Of a stretch of DNA of 64,000 bases, positions 56,407-64,000 are shown piece by piece. A model generated the notes under the pieces. It was not told the origin of the DNA. It made no database searches and worked only from the letters and a program-made list of their open reading frames with translations. Made by a program: the position numbers and the translations under genes. Position 1 is the stretch's first letter, and each line of letters starts with the position of its first letter. The stretch is taken from NCBI GenBank assembly GCA_965209055.1, contig OZ242374.1, forward strand, positions 1,120,001 to 1,184,000. The letters run 5' to 3'. The DNA comes from Acidobacteriota bacterium (lineage in GTDB: Bacteria; Acidobacteriota; UBA6911; RPQK01; JAJDTT01).

Positions 56407-57882
56407 GTGCATACCCAGAGCAGACAGTTGGTAAGGAACTTCTTCAGTGTCGTTGTTCTCTTGGCTCACGTTGCGGCGTCTGCGCAGGGTGTGACCGCGA
56501 ACCCGCAGGAATGGCGGCTGCTTTCACGTGGTCAGGTCAACCCGCCGGGAGTCCAGGCTTTCGTGGAGACTTTCTTCTCCTACAATCAGTTGAATGCCGT
56601 TCCTGATGGGGATCTGCTGCTTGGTTTTTCTGCGGTTCGCAATACCAATCCCAAAAAGGATACGGATGTCTTCGTGTCTCGCTTCGTCCGATCGGAGGAT
56701 CGCTGGAATCCACCTGTTCCAATTGCCGGAAGCACCGATCTCGAGAGGTCGCCGACAATGTGGATTGACGTCCGTTCGGGTGTGGTCCACTCCGCTTGGG
56801 TCGGCAATGAGAGGAAAAAGTCGAAAGGGGAGAGGAGTGAGCTCCGGGTCGGCTATCGGCGGTCGGAGGACGGAGGAGCCACTTGGAAGCCAGCCCGGCA
56901 ATTTCCCGTCGGGACAGCGCTTGCGCGGCGCCCACAGTTGGTCGGGGACGGCCATGGCGGCTTCCACCTGACCATCTCCAATGGCTATCCGAGCAAGCAA
57001 GAGCGAATCCACCTGTTTCACAGTGTCGATGAGGGCGGGACTTGGCGTCCGGTGGACGTCAATTTCCCTGAAGATCAAAAAAGGGGGAACACGATATCTC
57101 CCCAGTTGGCCGTGAAGCCGGCCGGTGGCGCCTGTATTGTCTGGCTCGACCCGACTGCCGGACGCAGGGCGGTCGTTTTCAGCATGACGAACGCGGAATC
57201 CGTCTGGTCGGCGCCGGTTCGCGTCAATGACGATCCGGCAATGAGCTGTCTCAAGCCCCGGCTGGCAATTCAGGGAGATTCGGTCTACGCCGCCTGGCAT
57301 GTGGTAACGGGCGACCGAACGACTCTCTACTTCGACCATTCGCCGGACGGCGGCGCCACCTGGAACGAGGACCAGGTGATATTCGATCGGAAGGCGCTGT
57401 CGGTCCAGGCTTCCCTCCAAACCTTCGACGGCGGACTCCTGGCCGGCTGGGTTGAATCGGAAACCCAGATGGGCCGTACGAATCGGAATCTCTCCTATCG
57501 CCTCTATTCTCCTGCCACCGGCTGGACGGCCCCAAAAGGGGAGAGTGACTCCCTGGCGGGAGACCATGGGCCCGGCCGGTTCTACTACGGCTTCGATCTG
57601 CTGCCCTGGAAGCAGGGATGCCTGGTGGCCTATTCCAAGGGGGCATTGGGCTTGTCGCCGGAGATCTACCTCGCCTGGAGTCGCGACCTGAACGCCGGCT
57701 TCTCGGAACTGATGAAAATAAGTGCGCCCAAAAAGGGTTTCGAGCATCTATATCCACGATTGATCCGTTCGGGCGACAACGAGGTCGCCGTGGTCTACAA
57801 CCGGCGAAAGATCCGCCGGTCGCCCTTGGAGCCGCGGGTCATCTTGGGAGATGTGCTGGTGGCTCGAATCGGAATACCGTAG
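56407..57882 (+). CDS. Exported BNR/Asp-box (sialidase-like beta-propeller) protein
   Basis: SEDGGATW, SVDEGGTW and SPDGGATW Asp-boxes. Confidence 0.8.
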   Translation: MHTQSRQLVRNFFSVVVLLAHVAASAQGVTANPQEWRLLSRGQVNPPGVQAFVETFFSYNQLNAVPDGDLLLGFSAVRNTNPKKDTDVFVSRFVRSEDRWNPPVPIAGSTDLERSPTMWIDVRSGVVHSAWVGNERKKSKGERSELRVGYRRSEDGGATWKPARQFPVGTALARRPQLVGDGHGGFHLTISNGYPSKQERIHLFHSVDEGGTWRPVDVNFPEDQKRGNTISPQLAVKPAGGACIVWLDPTAGRRAVVFSMTNAESVWSAPVRVNDDPAMSCLKPRLAIQGDSVYAAWHVVTGDRTTLYFDHSPDGGATWNEDQVIFDRKALSVQASLQTFDGGLLAGWVESETQMGRTNRNLSYRLYSPATGWTAPKGESDSLAGDHGPGRFYYGFDLLPWKQGCLVAYSKGALGLSPEIYLAWSRDLNAGFSELMKISAPKKGFEHLYPRLIRSGDNEVAVVYNRRKIRRSPLEPRVILGDVLVARIGIP

Positions 57883-59909
57883 TCGGAGGTAAGGTCTGGA
57901 AGACCCCTTGAATTGTGGGCAAACTCTTATGCGGACACGGTTTGTCGATAGCTGTGTGCCGTGTCAGAGGAGTTGTGCTATTGTGAGTCAGTGACTCTGC
58001 CCGTATTGTGCCGAGAGCACATATCTTGCTTATATCGAGAAACGCATTCAGTGCGCCGAATTGGGAGGAATACCCATGTTGAGACGTGATTCCGGTCAAT
58101 CCGTATCGTTCCGTGACGGTTTCAGACGACCTTGTTCGTTCCATATGGGGGGCGTTTTCCTCTCTCTCCTAACCGTTATGCTGCTCGCCGCGCCGCAGCT
58201 GGCCTTCGGCCAGTCCAATGTGACGGTGACGGTCAGTCCTAGGTCGCTGGAAATCGACGAAGGTGCGACCGGTACGTACGACGTGAATCTGGACGCTTCA
58301 CCGGCTGCAGGCGTGACAGTGACGGTGAACGTTGCCGGGACGACAGATGCTGTGACCGTGGACGCGACTGCTTCCGCAGGATTGGAATTTACCTCCGCCA
58401 ACTGGGTTGCCGACACCCCAAGGACTGTTACGGTAACCGTGGGCACAGACCTGAATGCAGTGGATGAGGTGGTGACCCTCACGCACACGGCCACGATCAC
58501 CGACTCCGAGGACAACGAAGAGGAAGTGACGTTGAGGAACGCGTCGGTGACCGTGACGGTCGACGATGCTCAAACGCAGGGCGTAACCCTAGGGGACCTG
58601 ACGCCGGCTGAGGTCCCCGAGGCCGGCAGCGCTACGTACACGGTGGTGTTGGACACGCAACCCACCGTTCCCGTCACCGTGGATATAGGGGGGACGTCCG
58701 GTGAGATCACCGTGAGTCCTTCGAGGTTGGTCTTCAATCCTACCGGCACCGTAAACCTCTACAGCACGGAGCAGACGGTGACGGTGTTTGCCGGAGAGGA
58801 TTTCGACGCTGAGGACGACACGGCGACTCTGACGCACACGGTACGCGGCGGGGACTACACCGGTGTGTCGGCAAACACCGTACCCGTGACGGTCGACGAC
58901 AACGACACGCGTGGCGTGACCGTGGTACCCGCCACGCTCAACATCGCTTCCGGCGCGATAGGGACGTTTACCGTCGTGCTGAACACTCAGCCGACGAACT
59001 CGGTGAGGATCACGATGGCCGAGGACCAGGCCGATCTCAGCGTCAGCCCGTCCAGCCTGAGTTTTTCGTCGGTCACTTGGAACCGTCCACAGACGGTTAC
59101 GGTTCGGGTCGCCTCAGGTTATTTTCGTGATAGCTTGGTCACCCCACACCCCACCTCTGTGACACTGACCAACTCAATAAATACTTCCTCGAGTAGCAGG
59201 GACGAGGCCTACGACACGGCCGAAGTAGCCAATGTCGAATTGACGATCTCCAACTCCGATACAGCGCCCGCCGTGAGATTGAGTACAAGCTCGGTGACCA
59301 TAAACGAGGGCAAGGATGCAACATACACCGTGAGGCTGGCGACGAATCCTGGCGTGGGTGAGAGTGAGACCGTCACGGTGAACGTCCCCACGGGTTCGGG
59401 TTTCGGCGTGGATACGGCTTCATTGACCTTTGCAGGGGACACCTCTGAGGGTGCCGCGGATGCGACCTGGAACACAGCGCAGACGGTGACTGTGACCGGA
59501 CCCGTCGACGACAACGCGGTGCAGGAGACGACCACGATAACGCACACGATCGGCACCGTGATCGTCGCCAACAGCATCTTGCGGGCGACGGTGCGGGAGA
59601 GCGACACGCGCGGCATTACGATCACGCCGACGTCACTTGAGGTCACCGAGGGCGGGACCGCAAGGTACAACATCGTGCTCGATTCCGAGCCGGTTGGTGA
59701 CGCTGAAGACAGGGTGACGGTGAACGTAGGTGGAGTGTCAGGTGATGTGACTGTGGCCCCGTCACAGCTTCTCTTCACGGGCGGTGCCACTGGAACTTGG
59801 CAAACGGCGCAGGAAGTGGTAGTCAGCGCCGCTCCCGACGACGACGGCGAAACCGATGCTCCCGTGACTCTTAGTCATACGGTGCGAGGCGGGGACTACG
59901 ACCGCCTGA

Positions 59910-61814
59910 CCTGACTTCGACGGTTTTGAACCGTAAGTTATTGATTTAATTATGCAAGTGTTCTCAGAGTACACTACAGAGCTAGGAAATGGAGAGCGGG
60001 GCGGGGTTCAACTCTGGGGACGATTTGGCGACAACAGCAGGGTCGTGGTCCGGCGGAGGGTGAGGCCGACCGTCTTGTAGAGCAAGCGCTGCTCCCGGGT
60101 GGAGCCGAAGGGGACCAGGTAGCGGTTGCCGTTGCCCTGATCGCGGATCAGCGAGACGGTCACGTTGCCGAGTTCCGCCAGGATTCGGTCCTCGCTCAGC
60201 GACGGCTGGCCGGCATGCTGCCGGGCGTACTTCCAGCGCAGGATGCGCAACAGCGCGAAAGCGACGTAACAGAGGGCGACGTGGGCGCGAACCCGGCGCT
60301 CAGTCCAGTGAAAGACCGGGCGTACCCGGAGCGTGTGTTTGAGCACCCGGAAGCCCTGCTCGATCCTCCACAACTCGGCATAATGCGCCCGGATCTGTGA
60401 GGCGGGGGGTTCGCCCAGGCTGGTCCAGACCCCGTGCAGTCCATCAAAGAGAGCATCGCGTTCGATCGCCTGGCGGTTGAGCGTGACCGCATGGCGTTTC
60501 AGCTTCAGGAACCGTCCCGGGCGCCGCCCGAGCGGTTCTCCCTTCGCGATCTTCTCTTCGGCCTTCTTCACCGCCTGCTCTCGGGCTCGGGCGTCCCGGC
60601 GCGCCTTGCTCGGACAGTACCGCACCACCAGCCGGCGACCGTTGACTTGCCGTTCGGTCAGACGCCTCAGACGTCCCTTCCGGTCCAGCGGCTGTGGAGT
60701 CCACTCCTGCGGAGAGCCCAGGGCAGCGAAGTCGGCCCGCTTGAGCTGCCGGAGCCGTGCCGCGACCACCCAGTCCAACCCCGCCTTTGTCAGCGCCCGC
60801 AGGTTCTTGTCGCTCAGCAACCCGGCGTCGGCCACCACCACCGCCCGTCCAACTTCGAACTGCTCTCGCAACTCCTGAAGCATCGGCAACAGCGTCTTGA
60901 CCTCCGTCGTGTTCCCCGGGAACAAGCGATACCCGACCGGCAACCCTTCCGTCGTCTGCATCAACGCCAGCACCACTTGCGAGCGATACGGTTTCCCGTC
61001 CTTGCTGTATCCCTTGCGTCGCAAATCGTCTTCCACTTCGGTCGCGAAGGAGAGCGTCGTCGTGTCCAGGAACACGACTTGCACCGGCCCTCCCAACAAG
61101 CCCCGGACGGTTCCGTCCAAATGCTTCAGCAATCGGCTCTGCCGCTGACGATTCAGGCGATCCATCATCCGGTAGACCCGCTCCAGGGGGAGGTTCACCC
61201 CCTGCTCGGACAACTCCGCCGCCAGGTGGCGCTTGCTTTTGCCGGGCGCAGCCAGGCGCGCCAGCATCAACTGCCGGAACACCCGCTCGGACCCCCGTTG
61301 ATTCCGGGGCCAGAGGCGAGCCAGACCGAGATCGTCGTAGAGTTGGCCGAAGACCTCGTGAAAGCCCAGCTTCAGATCCTTTTCTCCCTGGAGCTTCCGG
61401 GCGTCGGCAATCGGGATCGGCCCCAAAGCCTTCCGCTCCCGCCGCGCGGCCACCGCCTGCTCGGCCAGATACGCCGGCGGGAACAGCGCGGGCTGCCGTT
61501 GCTCCAGCAGGCGCACCTTCTCGTACTCGGCGACCCGGAGGAGTTCCTCAAGTGCGGGCCCCTCGGGAGCGGAACCCATGGAGCGGATCAGGCGCTGGCG
61601 GGGTTGACGGTGTTCGTTGCGGTAAGACTCGACAATTTGGACGACGACATTGGGCGTGTGTCGGCGGCGAATCTGTCGCACAAACATGGGGAAAGTCTAA
61701 CAGAACAATAAGATAATATCAATATTCCAGGTACACTACAGACGGGCCCAAAACTCAACCTCAATGGGCTCAAACGTTTCCGAGCCTCAGCGCCGATAAT
61801 TTGTCGAAGTCAGG
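59910..61814 (-). mobile_element. IS1634-family element with a 107-bp direct repeat
   Basis: TIR CCTGACTTCGAC / GTCGAAGTCAGG; direct repeats at 59803-59909 and 61815-61921. Confidence 0.93.
60008..61687 (-). CDS. IS1634-family transposase
   Basis: VVFLDTTT, GYSKDGK, VVADAG and YAELWRIEQGFRVLK..VRPVFHW motifs. Confidence 0.92.
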   Translation of the reverse strand: MFVRQIRRRHTPNVVVQIVESYRNEHRQPRQRLIRSMGSAPEGPALEELLRVAEYEKVRLLEQRQPALFPPAYLAEQAVAARRERKALGPIPIADARKLQGEKDLKLGFHEVFGQLYDDLGLARLWPRNQRGSERVFRQLMLARLAAPGKSKRHLAAELSEQGVNLPLERVYRMMDRLNRQRQSRLLKHLDGTVRGLLGGPVQVVFLDTTTLSFATEVEDDLRRKGYSKDGKPYRSQVVLALMQTTEGLPVGYRLFPGNTTEVKTLLPMLQELREQFEVGRAVVVADAGLLSDKNLRALTKAGLDWVVAARLRQLKRADFAALGSPQEWTPQPLDRKGRLRRLTERQVNGRRLVVRYCPSKARRDARAREQAVKKAEEKIAKGEPLGRRPGRFLKLKRHAVTLNRQAIERDALFDGLHGVWTSLGEPPASQIRAHYAELWRIEQGFRVLKHTLRVRPVFHWTERRVRAHVALCYVAFALLRILRWKYARQHAGQPSLSEDRILAELGNVTVSLIRDQGNGNRYLVPFGSTREQRLLYKTVGLTLRRTTTLLLSPNRPQS

Positions 61815-64000
61815 AACGGCGCAGGAAGTGGTAGTCAGCGCCGCTCCCGACGACGACGGCGAAACCGATGCTCCCGTGACTCTTAGTCATACGGTGCGAG
61901 GCGGGGACTACGACCGCCTGAGGGCGGACAACGTCCGTGTCACGATCAAGGAAATAGATAGCCGTGGCATAGTTGTGGATGCGGACCCGAGTGACGAAGC
62001 GCTTACCAGCGATATGCCCGCCATAGCGGAAGGTGGGACCGGCACATACAGGGTCAGGCTGGAGTCAAAGCCGACCGGAACAGTGACCGTTCGGGTGCTC
62101 GGCGTGTCGGGCGACGTTTCCGTGTCTCCGTCGACCCTGACCTTTACCACCAGCGACTGGAATGACTGGAAGATGGTGGAGGTGAAGGCTGGTCGGGACG
62201 ACGACGCGGATCAGGACCCTGCCGTGACGCTGACGCATGCGGCCAGTGGCGGCGGGTATTCCACGACCTCGGGTGCGGTGACGGTGACGATCACCGAAAG
62301 CGAAACCAGGAGTGCGATAGTGACGCCGAGGGCACTGGAGGTCACGGAGGGAGCGGCGGCGAAAAGCTATACGGTGGTCCTGACCACGGAACCCTCAGGC
62401 ACGGTGACGATAACGTTGGGTAGCGCGGGCTTGGCGGCCGCCAGGTCACACTCTTTGACGGTCAGTCCCACGTTGCTGACGTTCACGCGGGGCAACTGGA
62501 ACGTTCCGCAGGCAGTGACGGTGAGGGCCGCAGAGGACGAGGACGCAATCTCGGCCGACAACGCCGACGGAACCGCGGACACAGCGGACGACATCGTAGT
62601 GCTGACGCACGAACCGCGTGGCGGCGGCTACGATGCCGTAACGGTGTTGCCCGTGTCGGTGACAGTCGAGGATAACGACTCGGCGAGTATCATTGCGAGT
62701 ACCCCGTCACTGGAGATGGCCCAGGGGACGCGCCGCACCTATACGCTCGTGCTCGGTTCCAAGCCGGCGGCGAACGTATCGGTGGCGTTTTCCACCCCAC
62801 CCACCGGCGTAACTGTTAGCCCGGTATCGCCGGTGGTATTCACACCGAGCGACTGGTCCAACCCCCGGACTATGACGGTGCACGCGGCGTCCGCTACGGC
62901 GACGACCCCTGCGGCGATCGGAACCACGAATCTGGAACACACGGCAACCGGAACCGGCTACGACCCCGACACCGTCATCTTGGAGATCAAGAGCGGGACC
63001 CAGCCGGATGTCGCCATCAACCCGAGGTCATTGGAAATCACGGAAGGGGGCAGTGACTCCTACACCGTGGTGCTCACCAGCGAACCATCGGCGACTGTAC
63101 ACGTGGACGTATCCGGGGCGGCTGATGATGTCCGGGTGAGCCGAACGCGGCTGAGCTTCTCGACCAGCAACTGGAACCGGGAACAGTCAGTGACCGTAAG
63201 CGTCTCCGACGACGACGATGCGGTTCCCGAGCCCGTCGCAACATTGACCCACGAAGTGACCGGCGCGAGTGAGTACGAAAACCCCACGACTCCATTCACG
63301 GTCTCATCCGTGATGGTGACTCCCAAGGAGAACGACGAGGCGGGGGTGACGGCGTCGCCAACTTCATTGGATGTTGCAGCGGGGTCCAGCGGGACCTATC
63401 GAGTCAGGCTGACTTCGGAGCCGCTGGCTGCCATAACGGTGACGGTGATTAGCCCGTCCGACGACATTACGGTGACCGAGTCGCCGCTCGTCATTATGCC
63501 GGCCGACTGGAGTAGGGAGCATACTCTCACGGTGAACGTGGCTGCGGACGCCGGAAAGGATACGGAACAGTCTTTCACGCTGACCCATACGGTGGACGGC
63601 GACAGCTACTACGCTAATGTCCCAGGTCCGTCCGTGACGGTTAGGGTACCGGTGGAGGGCGCCCCGGGCGCACCCACGGGACTGACGGCAGAAGCCGGCG
63701 ACCAGAGTGTGGCCCTGACCTGGAACGCACCGGCCAACGACGGCGGATCGGCGATCACCCGCTACGATGTCCGCCACCAGGAGGTCGGCGGAAGCTACGG
63801 CGCCTGGTCCCGCGTTCCCGGCGGCGGGAGTGCCAGGAGCACGACCGTTGGGAATTTGGAGAACGGAAAGTCCTACGAATTCCAGGTGCGGGCGGCAAAC
63901 GCCACCGCTGCCGGCCAACCGGCCATAACCAGCGCCACGCTGGCGGAATCCGCTCCGGGTGCGCCGGCCAACTTCACGGCCACCGCCGGTGACGAGCAGG

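Larger units (their letters stand above)
58076..64000 (+). pseudogene. Giant Calx-beta/Ig-like plus FN3 adhesin-like gene interrupted by IS1634; runs off the window end
   Basis: Repeats such as EG...Y.V.L...P...VTV..L.FT..NW..PQTVTV on both sides of the IS; FN3 motif near 63650-63950. Confidence 0.85.

Overview
High-GC bacterial DNA. The gene content (plant-type LRR, Calx-beta, FN3 and BNR surface proteins, ECF sigma pairs, many IS) suggests a host-associated Acidobacteriota-like genome such as a sponge symbiont; this is inference only. The core is a type II secretion operon (gspE-F-G-H-I-J-K-L-M-C-D; no prepilin peptidase in the window) preceded by an ECF sigma/anti-sigma pair and followed by a REP-associated tyrosine transposase (RAYT). 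GGAG-footed REP palindromes occur throughout. The main result is a set of mobile elements that all use these REPs. (1) Two sister tyrosine-integrase elements sit at the same position inside a REP palindrome. One is complete (23773-36410), with an 11-bp GATTAGAAATC att duplication, symmetric IHF-like sites and 18-bp arm-type repeats. The two share a conserved, highly structured ~400-bp non-coding block. (2) An IS110 has a bridge RNA readable from the sequence and programmed against the REP foot (GTCGCCG-CT-CC); an IS5 has inserted into its target-binding hairpin. (3) REP doublets lie in frame inside the cleavable leader peptides of pseudopilins GspI, GspJ and possibly GspH. Also notable: a stand-alone secreted protein (54361-56109) whose mature part is reused as the C-terminal module of an LRR/Calx-beta cargo protein, and an IS1634 with a 107-bp target duplication interrupting a giant adhesin-like gene. 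Coordinates were counted by eye and family assignments come from motif recognition; no searches were run.
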